A stretch of DNA of 64,000 bases from Planctomycetota bacterium (lineage in GTDB: Bacteria > Planctomycetota > Brocadiia > JAADGH01), in assembly GCA_040755855.1 (NCBI GenBank), contig JBFMAD010000007.1, positions 32,001-96,000 on the forward strand, in the 5' to 3' direction. The translations under genes were made by a program, and so were the position numbers. The notes beneath the pieces are model-generated. The model ran no database searches. It worked only from the letters and a program-made list of their open reading frames with translations, and was not told where the DNA came from. Each line of letters starts with the position of its first letter. Position 1 is the first letter of the stretch. Shown here piece by piece: positions 18,826-28,310 of this stretch.

Positions 18826-18918
18826 CTGGCGAGTTCATCTGCTGTAGCGGAAGTCGCCAGACTTCCTATCTCCCATCCGCGAGTGCGACAGATGGGCAAC
18901 CTGAACTCCGGCGAGTTC
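18826..18918. repeat. Cluster of GTAG-type REP-like palindromes between convergent genes
   Basis: GTAGCGGAAGTCGCCAGACTTCC (18844-18866), inverted related copy GAACTCCGGCGAGTTC (18903-18918), degenerate CTGGCGAGTTC (18826-18836). Confidence 0.55.
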
Positions 18919-18935
18919 GTTTCCCCCCCATAGAT

Positions 18936-21900
18936 TCATGGACGTTTCGGGTCGAACCATCCCTCGGCGGACGTGCTGATATATGGCGGAACACCCTCCA
19001 TTTTAATGCATAAGTTGCCTGCGGCGAAGACGACAGCACTCCAGACCTTTCCCCCTTGTCCAGGAATGACCTTCACATCTACCCAGCCCTCGGCGGCCTC
19101 GTTGGTCTTCGTCCCAGTCATATGCCCGATAGGCTTCCCGTCCGCATCAAAAACGCACATGCCGTATGTTCCGTCATGAACCGGTGCGATGGCAATCCGG
19201 AATGTCTTCGCGCCATCGGGAACGAAAAAGAACACACGGCGGGAGCGATACTCCGCCAGGCTCGGTCCCTCGCTGCAATCGAGGACCACCTTGCCGCCTG
19301 TGCTTGCCACGTGCCAGATTCCGCGCATGTCGTCGGAGATTGCAACGGTGTACACACCCTTCGACGCATCAAACGGCAACGCGACATCCAGCTTGCACGG
19401 GAGGTCGGTATCAAAGGTCTCGCTCTTCACCGGGTTGCCGCCGGGATCGGTGATCGTGACCGCGCCTTTCATCTTGTCCTTGGGCCGGGCCCCGTGCGTT
19501 TTGCGCTCGATGGTGATCGTTTCCGGTCTGCCACCATCGAAACTAACAAAAAAGCGTTTCGCCTCGGGACCTCGAACTCCGATGAACTCGGTGGGCTTTG
19601 CCCTCGCCAGCCGCCGAACGAGGATGTCGTCGTCAGTGGCCGTCAAGGCCATGCGGGCCGGCGCGCACTTGCTCTGCGCCTCTTTCAAGAACGCCATGAC
19701 GTTCGGGGCGCATCGGGCGAACATGGAGAATGCCTTGCCATGCCCGCCCGGCGGCAGGGCCATGTTCGCAAGAAATGCCTCGCCGACCATGTTGGCGAAG
19801 TCCATGTCCTTCGTGTGCTCGTATGTGAAGGCCAGGGCATCTACGCATAGCATCGCCGTCAACGGACTGGTGTTTCCGCGGAAGAGGGGGCAGTCGGTGT
19901 ACTGGAACGTCCCATCCTCCGGCGTCCACATCGTCTTCCACCACGGCCCGACCCCGATGATGGCCTCCTTCGCCCGCTCATCGCCCGTCTCCAGATAGTA
20001 TTGCTCCAGCCCGGAACACAGGATGCCGATGAGGAAGACTACGTTGCCGACGCAGGGTTTGCCGCCGGGCGAGTCGAGGTGCCGGCAGTGCCCGCGCGGG
20101 AGATCATGGGGCCAGCCGGACCCCTGGCCGGGCTTGCGCTCGCGGAAGGCGACCTCGGCGATCTTCTTTGCGGCGTCAAGATAAAGGGGGTCGAGCGTCG
20201 CGCGGTGGAGCGCCATGACAGCCACGAGCGACCATCCGGCCGAGCGCTCGTGCGTGCCCAGATCCTTGAAGCGTGGGACCATGCCATAGACGATGTGTTC
20301 CCCCAGCAATTGGGCCGATTCCATCACCGGCGCATCGGCGGTTAGATGCCATGCGTCGCACATGCCCTCCGACCAGGTGTGCCCGTTGAAGGCCATGACA
20401 TGATAGGCGTAGGCGGCGGACCAGCTGCGGTCCTTTATGTTCTCCGACCACTGGCCGGTGTGAAAGGCGGAGTGGAGCACGTCCCCGCCGATATAGGCCG
20501 GGTCGGGGTAGGCGTGGACGATGTCCACGTCGGCCTGGTGCCGCGCCCCGGCGAGGGCCACGCGGAAGAGGTCGCGGTCGCCGGTCCGGGCAAAGTGCAT
20601 AAAGATGGCATGAGGCAGGTCGTACTCATGGTTGCCCCAGTTAGATCCGCGCTCGCCGTACCAGTCGCCCCAGTTGAAGAAGCCATACTCCCGCACCTTC
20701 TCCTTGATCTCCATGTGCGCCGTGAAGCACCGGGCCATGGCCCCGTCCCACGCCTCGAATTCGCCTTTCCGTTGCGCGACCATGGGGCCAAGGGCCTTTG
20801 TTTTTTCGTAATAGGCGGACGGGATCACGGCAACGACCGGCTCGGCAGGGGCCATGGGCTGGCCCGGCTTCAGGCCGAAGTCAATGCGAAAGCGGTGGGT
20901 CTTCGACATCCCCCACTTGAAGCGATACCCGCCGCCGACATAGGGGAAGGAGACGTATTCGGGGAGTTGGGCATAGGCGGTTTCTTTGGAGATGTCCGGC
21001 CACAGCTCGATCTCGATGCGGTCGGTCGAGGCGCGAAGGGCGCTGGGGTAGTTCTGCCAAAAATCCTCCACGGCGACGCCGACGCCTCGGCCGATCTCGT
21101 CGCGCAGGGCCAGCACGCCGGGGGCGCGTTTTCCTTCGCTTCGCGCGGGGCCGGTCAGGACGAAGGCATTATCATCGCGCTGAAACAGACGGACATCCTG
21201 TCCCTTGCCAAGCGAGATGCCCTGGGACTTCAGGCCGCCCTTATCGTCGGGGAGGAGAATTTCCGCTGCCGCGCCGCGCAGGTTGAGCGGCAGCGGGATT
21301 GCGAGGGAGCGAAAGTCGGCAAACTCATGATCGAGGCTCGCGTCTATGTGACGGTGGGCGACGTCCACGATCGTCGATCCCGCATGGAACCGCAGCCACA
21401 TGACGTATCGGAAATCCGAACCGGCGTACGGCCCTTCGACGCGAAGCAGGAGGCTGAGCGGGCCTTGCTCTACGATCTGCACCACGGCGGCCCGCGTCGC
21501 CCCCTCCAGATCGTCATGCTTCGCCGCCGTTCTGTCGAGAATCTTCCCCTCGTCCGTGAACGCGCCGTCGCCGTTCCGATCCACCCACACACACCGCAGC
21601 ACCCCGCCCTCGCCGAAGCCCAGCCGCGCCTGCATCGGACCGGTGTGGATCGTCATGCCTTCGGCATCGGTCGCCATGCGAACCGTGGCCTTGAGGTCGG
21701 CCGGTCGCACATCCGACCCGAACTCGACGGTATAGACAGGCCTCGACTTCGCCGCCAGGTCCGCGAGGAACGTGACCGCCATCCATCGGATGCTGTCGTC
21801 CTTCCAGAAATTTGTGATCGTGAACTGGGCGGGGATTTCGCGTCCGGAGGGATCGAGCAATCGGGCATTTGCGGGATCAAACAGCGCGCCCTCGGCCAAG

Positions 21901-22778
21901 GGAAAGCCAAACGTCACCGGCGCGCCGACGCGGGCGATGCCGTGCTCCTCCGCCAACTCCACCGGCGTCCGTTCGCACTTTGCCGAGCCGGCCTTCCCCG
22001 GTTTGCGCGGTTTGACGATGAACGGCACGGACGGCTGCGGGCGGCGATCGGGATACGGGCCGGACATGGACTTGCGAACCTTCTCCCCCGAAACGCCCAG
22101 GAACTCGGGATCGCCGGGGCCGATGGTCGGGGGCTTCTTCTGCCCCTGCATGAGTGGGAGCTCCACCTGGATCCAGTCGGAGCCGGAACTGCCTTCCTCC
22201 GCCTGGGCGAGTAATCGAACCCGGATAACCACCTTTCCGCCCGACTGATTCATGAGCGTGTCGTGGGAGATGACCAGCGAGCTGCCCACGGCTTCGATGC
22301 GGATGTCCGACTGGGGCTTCTGCAAGGCGGCGTCGAAGGCGTTGATGTTCTTCGCCGCTCCGGACAGGATGTACATCAGGTCGGTGCCCTGGACACTCGG
22401 CTTGTCCTGGCGGCCGGTATCGGGGCGGTTGTCCGAATCAACATAGAGGATGAACGTGGCGCCGCCGGTCGGGAACGGTTCGAGAAAGTCCGCCTTCCAA
22501 AGATAGCGGTCTTCCGCCACGTGGACGGCCGAGAGCCGGAGCACCTGGGGACCGGGCTTGCCTTCCGCCTCCTTTGGATCGCGCGACCAAAATTGGGTCC
22601 ACACCTGCGGACGGTCAATAGGCGAGCCGAGCCACTTCTCGGTCTTATCGGGGAGTCCGTCGTTGTCGGCATCGGGCGCCTGGGCGAGCACCCTGACTGT
22701 CATACCGACGAGAAGCAGCGCGCCGGCAACCAGGATCATAAACCAGCAGTGTTTCGAGACAGGCGTAGCCATCCGCAT
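18936..22778 (-). CDS. Large secreted protein, exo-rhamnogalacturonan lyase (RGLX/YetA)-like alpha/alpha-barrel plus beta domains
   Basis: Signal peptide; PVTFGFPL..G, W.D.SIRW, YGFFNWGDW, WGNHEYD, ARHQADVD, ERSAGW motifs. Confidence 0.6.
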   Translation of the reverse strand: MRMATPVSKHCWFMILVAGALLLVGMTVRVLAQAPDADNDGLPDKTEKWLGSPIDRPQVWTQFWSRDPKEAEGKPGPQVLRLSAVHVAEDRYLWKADFLEPFPTGGATFILYVDSDNRPDTGRQDKPSVQGTDLMYILSGAAKNINAFDAALQKPQSDIRIEAVGSSLVISHDTLMNQSGGKVVIRVRLLAQAEEGSSGSDWIQVELPLMQGQKKPPTIGPGDPEFLGVSGEKVRKSMSGPYPDRRPQPSVPFIVKPRKPGKAGSAKCERTPVELAEEHGIARVGAPVTFGFPLAEGALFDPANARLLDPSGREIPAQFTITNFWKDDSIRWMAVTFLADLAAKSRPVYTVEFGSDVRPADLKATVRMATDAEGMTIHTGPMQARLGFGEGGVLRCVWVDRNGDGAFTDEGKILDRTAAKHDDLEGATRAAVVQIVEQGPLSLLLRVEGPYAGSDFRYVMWLRFHAGSTIVDVAHRHIDASLDHEFADFRSLAIPLPLNLRGAAAEILLPDDKGGLKSQGISLGKGQDVRLFQRDDNAFVLTGPARSEGKRAPGVLALRDEIGRGVGVAVEDFWQNYPSALRASTDRIEIELWPDISKETAYAQLPEYVSFPYVGGGYRFKWGMSKTHRFRIDFGLKPGQPMAPAEPVVAVIPSAYYEKTKALGPMVAQRKGEFEAWDGAMARCFTAHMEIKEKVREYGFFNWGDWYGERGSNWGNHEYDLPHAIFMHFARTGDRDLFRVALAGARHQADVDIVHAYPDPAYIGGDVLHSAFHTGQWSENIKDRSWSAAYAYHVMAFNGHTWSEGMCDAWHLTADAPVMESAQLLGEHIVYGMVPRFKDLGTHERSAGWSLVAVMALHRATLDPLYLDAAKKIAEVAFRERKPGQGSGWPHDLPRGHCRHLDSPGGKPCVGNVVFLIGILCSGLEQYYLETGDERAKEAIIGVGPWWKTMWTPEDGTFQYTDCPLFRGNTSPLTAMLCVDALAFTYEHTKDMDFANMVGEAFLANMALPPGGHGKAFSMFARCAPNVMAFLKEAQSKCAPARMALTATDDDILVRRLARAKPTEFIGVRGPEAKRFFVSFDGGRPETITIERKTHGARPKDKMKGAVTITDPGGNPVKSETFDTDLPCKLDVALPFDASKGVYTVAISDDMRGIWHVASTGGKVVLDCSEGPSLAEYRSRRVFFFVPDGAKTFRIAIAPVHDGTYGMCVFDADGKPIGHMTGTKTNEAAEGWVDVKVIPGQGGKVWSAVVFAAGNLCIKMEGVPPYISTSAEGWFDPKRP

Positions 22779-22910
22779 TTCCTTTCCTGTAAGTGACCGA
22801 AGACGTTCATCATATTATGAATTTCATCTGTCCGAACGCAAGCTGATTTTCATTTTACAACATGGTTGACTCTGGAATGTTGATCCCGTATGGTGATCCC
22901 TTGAAGAATA

Positions 22911-23018
22911 AGCTACGAAGGCGAAAAGCACGCCTTCTTCAATCCCAGCAAGCCGAGGTTCGATGCGACGCTGCAGGCGATGGAGGAGCATGTGACGCGA
23001 GTGTTTGGGGTGAAGTAG
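22911..23018 (+). pseudogene. C-terminal remnant of an alpha/beta hydrolase
   Basis: Frame reads SYEGEKHAFFNPSKPRFDATLQAMEEHVTRVFGVK*; in-frame stop just upstream and no start codon. Confidence 0.5.
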
Positions 23019-23032
23019 TCCACCGTTTTTAT

Positions 23033-23290
23033 CTAAGGAGGGTCCCCTCTCATATCCAAATCCGAGGGGAACTGACGCCACGCATCGAAGTCTTGCTGAG
23101 AGCAATCGCGCGTCCGCTCAAGCGATTCGTCGCGGGCATTCCATGCTGTATTCAGATGGTGGTAGATGTGCTGCATCCCAACGATCAGAACCGCCGAATC
23201 GTAATCCGAATCCTCCTCAATTTCCAGAATGAGACGGTGGATGGCCTCGTGCGCCTCCTGAAGATGAAACAAGACGTGTTCCCTGTTCAC
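23033..23290 (-). CDS. Small hypothetical protein (85 aa)
   Basis: Strong AAGGAGG RBS; amphipathic helical composition; HIYHHLNTAWNAR motif. Confidence 0.65.
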   Translation of the reverse strand: MNREHVLFHLQEAHEAIHRLILEIEEDSDYDSAVLIVGMQHIYHHLNTAWNARDESLERTRDCSQQDFDAWRQFPSDLDMRGDPP

Positions 23291-23526
23291 TGGCTTATCC
23301 CTCCTTTAGTTGTTGCTTACCTCATGTCCTCCCCATTGGATGATCCGTTGTTGCTCTGAAAACTATCCGCACTTGGTTTCCTGTTAATCTCTTGATCGGT
23401 GACATTATCCTATGGTTTTTCCCGGTCAAATGACAAGTCCATTCTTGCGTCGCCTGTGCGGTTGAATCTGCGCGTCGGATGGGGAGCCTGTCATTTCTCT
23501 CGCTGGATAGAGAGGCCGTTGTGTTT

Positions 23527-23700
23527 GTGGAGTGCGCAAGCCATGCTTGCGCCTTGACATCGGGAAGCCTTGCTTCCTGACGATCGCGCAGCAACCGTGC
23601 AAAGGCGCAGAGATGGCCTGACAGTGACACCCTGGCAACGGAAGAGCGGGAAGCATGGCTTCCCGCAAGAAAGGCGGCAGCACGGCTGCCGCACTCCAAA
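23527..23700. repeat. Inverted pair of GGAGTGCG-type REP palindromes (REPIN-like element)
   Basis: TGGAGTGCGCAAGCCATGCTTGCGCCTT ... AAAGGCGGCAGCACGGCTGCCGCACTCCAAA, with internal GGGAAGC..GCTTCC hairpins. Confidence 0.7.
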
Positions 23701-23845
23701 GGGCCGTTCGCGCGGAAGTCTCTATCTGAAAATATCTCGTTTGTTAGCCGATAGAGATGACATGCACCGCGCCGGATGTTGTCAGTTGACTTTTGCCTCG
23801 CGCCCCCATATAGTGCCCGCTTTCAAACCCATCGGGAGGCGGCGG

Positions 23846-24745
23846 TTGTCTGCGTTCTCGCTTTTCGGCGTGATCCTGATCTGCACGATCTGGGGGGCGG
23901 GGTTCCCGTTCATGAAGATCGGGCTGCTCTACCTCCCCCCGTTTCTCTATGTCGGAATCCGGTTCACCATCACGGCGCTTTGCGTCCTCATCTACATGAG
24001 ACTCACGCGCGACGAGTGGCGATTCGGCAGAAAGATGTTCTGGTGGATGGCGGCGCTCTCCGCGTTCTTCTACATCCAGCAGGGCCTCATCTTCCTCGGC
24101 CTCACCTACACCACGGCCGGACGCATGGGCGTCATCCTCAACACCCAGCCCATCATCACCGCCGTGGCCGCGCACTGGTTCGTGGAGCACGACAAGCTCA
24201 CCTGGGGCAAGGTGGCGGGGTTGCTGATGGCCGTCTTCGGCGTGTTCTTCGTCTTCCGCGAGAGTTTTGCGGAGTTCAATCGCACCATCTTCTTCGGCGA
24301 CCTACTCGCCCTCATCGCCGCCGTCGCATGGGGTTCGCAGACCGTCGTCACCAAGCACGTCGTCAAGCATGTGACGCCCAGCGCGATCATCTTTTGGCAG
24401 GCGGCGGCATCAAGCGTGTGCTTTTTCGCAACCAGCGTCTTCCTGGACCCCGACCCGATCCCGAAACAGGCGATTGACCTCACGTTCGTGGGCGTGACGG
24501 CCTACGTGATCCTCATCTCAACCGTCTTCGGCTTTGTGGGCTGGGTCTATCTCATCCTGCACAACAACCCAAGCCGCGTGGCGTCCTTCTGCTTCATCAC
24601 GCCTATCGCCAGCGTCGTCTTTGCCTGGATTATTCTCGGCGAGCCGATCACGTCGGACATCATCATTGCCACCGGGCTTGTCGGCCTCGGCATCTTCATC
24701 GCAAACTTCCGGGCAAAGCAGGAGCCGGCGCCGAAGGTGGCATAG
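23846..24745 (+). CDS. DMT/EamA family transporter
   Basis: IWG..FP..K, P....G.RF, two EamA halves, TP....LGE; GGGAGG before TTG 23846. Confidence 0.9.
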   Translation: MSAFSLFGVILICTIWGAGFPFMKIGLLYLPPFLYVGIRFTITALCVLIYMRLTRDEWRFGRKMFWWMAALSAFFYIQQGLIFLGLTYTTAGRMGVILNTQPIITAVAAHWFVEHDKLTWGKVAGLLMAVFGVFFVFRESFAEFNRTIFFGDLLALIAAVAWGSQTVVTKHVVKHVTPSAIIFWQAAASSVCFFATSVFLDPDPIPKQAIDLTFVGVTAYVILISTVFGFVGWVYLILHNNPSRVASFCFITPIASVVFAWIILGEPITSDIIIATGLVGLGIFIANFRAKQEPAPKVA

Positions 24746-24753
24746 ACTGCGCG

Positions 24754-26190
24754 TCACAAGATGGGGCTTAGGAGTTTCGCGCAGTAGTCAAACTGCCGCT
24801 GCCAGAAGGGGCGGCTGTCGAGGGTCTCGCGGTCCCACCGTTCCGAGTCCTTCATGTAACCCTCCTGCAGCGTCCGAAGGACCTCGACATCGTTCTTCGA
24901 GTAGATCAGGAAGTTCGCCTCGACGTCGAGTTTGAAAGACCGGATGTCGTAGTTCGCCGTGCCCATGAGGGCGAAGTTATCGTCCACTGTGAGCGTCTTG
25001 GCGTGAAGAAAGCCCAGGCGGTAGGAGTAGAGATTGACATGCTCGTCGAGGAGCTGCCTGCAGTAGGCGCGGGCCGCGGCGTCAATAAACAAGGAATCGG
25101 AGCGGAAGGGGACGATGATGTCCACCTCCACGCCCCGCCGCACGGCCAGGCGCAGGGCCAGGAGCAGGGCCTCGTCCGGGGCAAAGTAGGGGGTGGTGAT
25201 GACTACGCGGCGGCGGGCCTCGTTAATGGCCGCGATAGGCAAATCGGGGAAGGGCATCGAGGGGTAGAGCGGACCGCTGGGCAGTGCCTGGAGGATGGCG
25301 CCGCCCTCGCCCTGGGCGGGGGGAAAGAGATCCTCGTCGGCAGGGAACTCCCTCGTCTCGGAGTTCCAGTCCTCGAGAAACAGCAGTTGCAATTGATGCA
25401 CGGCTGGTCCGCGCACGCGGAGCATCATATCGTGGTATTCGGGCACGCGCTTGGGTCCGAAGTCGGGGTCGGCCACGTTCCAGGACCCCAAGTAACCCAC
25501 CTTGCCGTCTGCCACGAGAATCTTGCGGTGATTGCGCAGATCAATCCGCGCCAAGCGCTTGCGCAGGGGGTTGAACGACAGGGCGGGAAGCAATTCAATC
25601 CCGCGCTCCTGCATCCAGCGGCCGAGGGTCTTGAACATGGTCCGCGAACCGATGGCATCGGCCAGCACGCGGCACCGCACGCCGCGTTCGACGGCGCGGG
25701 CCAGGGCCTCGCCCACACGGCGACCGGTTTTGTCATCGAGAAAGATGTAGAAGACCATGTGGACGTGGTGCTGCGCGGCGTCAATGTCCTCCACCAGTCG
25801 GCTGGTCATGATTTCAGGATCAATAATGAACCGCGCCTCATTGTCGCCCACGGCGGGCAGCGCGCCGACCGACTCGGCCAGGTTCTCGATCTGGGCCCAC
25901 TCCTCGCCCAGGGCCACGGAGGGATAGCGCTCCCGTAGGACCACAAACCAATCGTCGCGCTTCGACTTGTCGAGCATCTCCCGGTAGAGGACGCTGCGGC
26001 GACGGCCCAGCGGGTTCTCGCCGAAAAGGAGGTAGAGTCCCAGCCCGACCCATGGTGCGGCGAACATCACCGCCAGCCATCCCCACGCCTTCGCCACGCT
26101 GCACCGCCGCGCCAGGACGGGCACCATGGCCAGGGCGATCAGCCAGCCGCTGATCTGAAAGACGACGACGATGATCGGCCAGAGTTTCAT
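24754..26190 (-). CDS. cls: Cardiolipin synthase
   Basis: Two HKD motifs (RNHRKILVADG; LHAKTLTVD), N-terminal transmembrane pair, TPYF.P. Confidence 0.92.
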   Translation of the reverse strand: MKLWPIIVVVFQISGWLIALAMVPVLARRCSVAKAWGWLAVMFAAPWVGLGLYLLFGENPLGRRRSVLYREMLDKSKRDDWFVVLRERYPSVALGEEWAQIENLAESVGALPAVGDNEARFIIDPEIMTSRLVEDIDAAQHHVHMVFYIFLDDKTGRRVGEALARAVERGVRCRVLADAIGSRTMFKTLGRWMQERGIELLPALSFNPLRKRLARIDLRNHRKILVADGKVGYLGSWNVADPDFGPKRVPEYHDMMLRVRGPAVHQLQLLFLEDWNSETREFPADEDLFPPAQGEGGAILQALPSGPLYPSMPFPDLPIAAINEARRRVVITTPYFAPDEALLLALRLAVRRGVEVDIIVPFRSDSLFIDAAARAYCRQLLDEHVNLYSYRLGFLHAKTLTVDDNFALMGTANYDIRSFKLDVEANFLIYSKNDVEVLRTLQEGYMKDSERWDRETLDSRPFWQRQFDYCAKLLSPIL

Positions 26191-26303
26191 CGCGCGGGAC
26201 CTCTTTTCTTTGAGACACTCCAGAGACATCCGAGAATAGTGTAGCACGAAAAAAGAGGGCTGAAAAGGGGTTTAGGAGCTTTTTCCGTTTTCTAAAAAAA
26301 TCG

Positions 26304-26332
26304 TTGACAAATTGCAAATCTGAGGGTAATAT
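26304..26332 (+). promoter_or_regulatory. sigma70 promoter of the leu leader/leuA transcript
   Basis: TTGACA-17 nt-TAATAT in an AT-rich region. Confidence 0.75.
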
Positions 26333-26387
26333 ATATTTGTTTGATTCGTTTAGGTTTGTGGAAATGGATTTCTCCCAAAATACAACA

Positions 26388-26522
26388 ATGAGCACGCGGC
26401 ATATGACATGTGACCGTGAGCCGTACGCTCGGGTGGAATCTGTTTTCCATTTCGCACAGATTGACCAATCGGTTCTCCTCCTCCTACTCGGCCTGCTGCT
26501 CCTGCTCCTACAGGCAGGATAA
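26388..26522 (+). CDS. leuL: Leucine attenuator leader peptide (...VLLLLLGLLLLLLQAG)
   Basis: 11 Leu codons at 26475-26510, including two CTA; alternative in-frame ATGs at 26364 and 26403. Confidence 0.8.
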   Translation: MSTRHMTCDREPYARVESVFHFAQIDQSVLLLLLGLLLLLLQAG

Positions 26523-26566
26523 CGGCCTGGCGACAGGGAGAATCGAATAACCGAGAAGAAGAACTG

Positions 26567-26598
26567 AAACCCATCGCCAGACCGGCGGTGGGTTTTTT
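26567..26598 (+). terminator. Attenuator terminator upstream of leuA
   Basis: AAACCCATCGCC-agacc-GGCGGTGGGTTT-TTT; antiterminator CTGGCGA (26527-26533) complementary to TCGCCAG (26574-26580). Confidence 0.85.
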
Positions 26599-26752
26599 GT
26601 TGATTTTATCGAATGGCAAGGTTTACATGCTGGAGACCATGGAGATGACAGCGCTCATCCTACCCAGGCCCTCGAACGAGGGCCCGAACTATTGGACGGT
26701 AATAACGAGACGCATCACAGTCTCTTCAACAAAACCAAGGAGATGATTACCC

Positions 26753-28306
26753 ATGACCCGATTGCGAAAAATCGCTATCTTCGACACCACCTTGCGCGAC
26801 GGCGAACAGGTCCCCGGCGCAAAGTTGAATAGCATACAGAAGTTCCAGGTCGCCCAGCAGTTGGCCCGGCTGAACGTGGACATCATCGAGGCCGGATTCC
26901 CCGCGTCCTCCCCCGGCGATCTCGATGCGGTGCGGCGGATCGCCTATGAGGTCGAAGGCCCCACCATCGCGGCCTTGGCCCGGGCCTTGAGGCCCGACGT
27001 CGAGGCCGCAGGCAAGGCCGTCAAAGGCGGTCTGAAACCGAGAATCCATGTTTTCATCAGCACGTCGGACATCCACATCGCCCATCAGTTCAAGAAAACC
27101 CGCAACGAGGTCCTTCAGATGGCGGTGGACTGCATCAAAATGGCCAAGGGCATCGTGGACGACGTGGAGTATTCCCCCATGGACGCCACCCGCAGCGAGT
27201 TCGACTTCCTCTGCGAGGCCGTCGAGCGCGCCATTGACGCCGGCGCGACGGTGGTGAATATTCCCGACACCGTCGGCTACGCCATTCCGTCGGAGTTCGG
27301 CAGCCTGATCCGGCGCATCATCGAGACGGTCCCCAACAGCCGTAAGGCCGTGATCAGCGTCCACTGCCACGACGACCTCGGCCTCTCCGTGGCCAACTCC
27401 CTGGCAGCCGTGGCCAACGGCGCGGGGCAGGTGGAATGCACCATCAACGGCGTCGGCGAGCGGGCGGGCAACGCCTCGCTTGAGGAAATCGTCATGGCCA
27501 TCAGGACGCGAAAGGACCTCTTTAACGCCAAGACGGACATCAAGACGAAGGAGATCGCCCGGACGAGCCGCCTCGTCAGCCGGACGATGGGCATCCCCGT
27601 CCAGCCGAACAAGGCCATCGTCGGCGCGAACGCCTTCGCCCATTCGTCGGGCATCCACACCGACGGGATCATCAAGGAGCGGACGACCTACGAGATCATC
27701 CGGCCTGAGACGGTCGGCATCACCGCGCATCAGTTCATCCTGACGGCGCGGTCGGGCCGGAACCAGCTCGGCCACCAACTCAAGATGATCGGACACAAGT
27801 TCACCGAGGAGGAGCTGGACGAAATCTATGATCGGTTTATCCAGGTGGCCGACCGGAAGAAGGAGGTCACGGAGGAGGACCTCGCGTCCATCGTCGGGGT
27901 GCGCATGGGACAGGTGGCCGAGACCTTTCATCTGCAGCACGTCCAGGCGACATCGGGCAACAACCTGACGCCGACGGGCGTGGTTCGGATCAAGATCGGC
28001 GACAAGGTCATCGAGGAGGCCGCGGTGGGTGACGGCCCGGTGGACGCCCTCTACAAGGCCATCGAGCGCGCGACGGGAGTGAAGGGCACACTGTTGGACT
28101 ATGCCATCCAAGCCGTCGGCGGGGGCAAGGATGCGCTGGGGGAGGTAACCGTCAAGGTTCGCGCCAAGCGGCAGGTTGTCATGGGCCAGGCATCCGGCAC
28201 CGACATCGTGGAGACGAGCGCGCGGGCCTACGTGAACGCCCTCAACAAAGCCGTGGCGAAAAACGGCGGGAGAACCAAGGCTGGCCGAAAACGAAGGAAG
28301 GGGTGA
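26753..28306 (+). CDS. leuA: 2-isopropylmalate synthase
   Basis: FDTTLRDGEQ, HCHDDLG, GVGERAGN, AFAHSSGIH.DG, regulatory GDGPVDA domain; AAGGAG RBS. Confidence 0.96.
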   Translation: MTRLRKIAIFDTTLRDGEQVPGAKLNSIQKFQVAQQLARLNVDIIEAGFPASSPGDLDAVRRIAYEVEGPTIAALARALRPDVEAAGKAVKGGLKPRIHVFISTSDIHIAHQFKKTRNEVLQMAVDCIKMAKGIVDDVEYSPMDATRSEFDFLCEAVERAIDAGATVVNIPDTVGYAIPSEFGSLIRRIIETVPNSRKAVISVHCHDDLGLSVANSLAAVANGAGQVECTINGVGERAGNASLEEIVMAIRTRKDLFNAKTDIKTKEIARTSRLVSRTMGIPVQPNKAIVGANAFAHSSGIHTDGIIKERTTYEIIRPETVGITAHQFILTARSGRNQLGHQLKMIGHKFTEEELDEIYDRFIQVADRKKEVTEEDLASIVGVRMGQVAETFHLQHVQATSGNNLTPTGVVRIKIGDKVIEEAAVGDGPVDALYKAIERATGVKGTLLDYAIQAVGGGKDALGEVTVKVRAKRQVVMGQASGTDIVETSARAYVNALNKAVAKNGGRTKAGRKRRKG

Positions 28307-28310
28307 CAGG

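Noticed and set aside
26747..28111. Long antisense ORFs (this one, 29488-31551, 20346-22214, 52029-54200, 3893-5680 and others)
   Set aside because: Shadow frames of GC-rich genes with clear motifs on the opposite strand.
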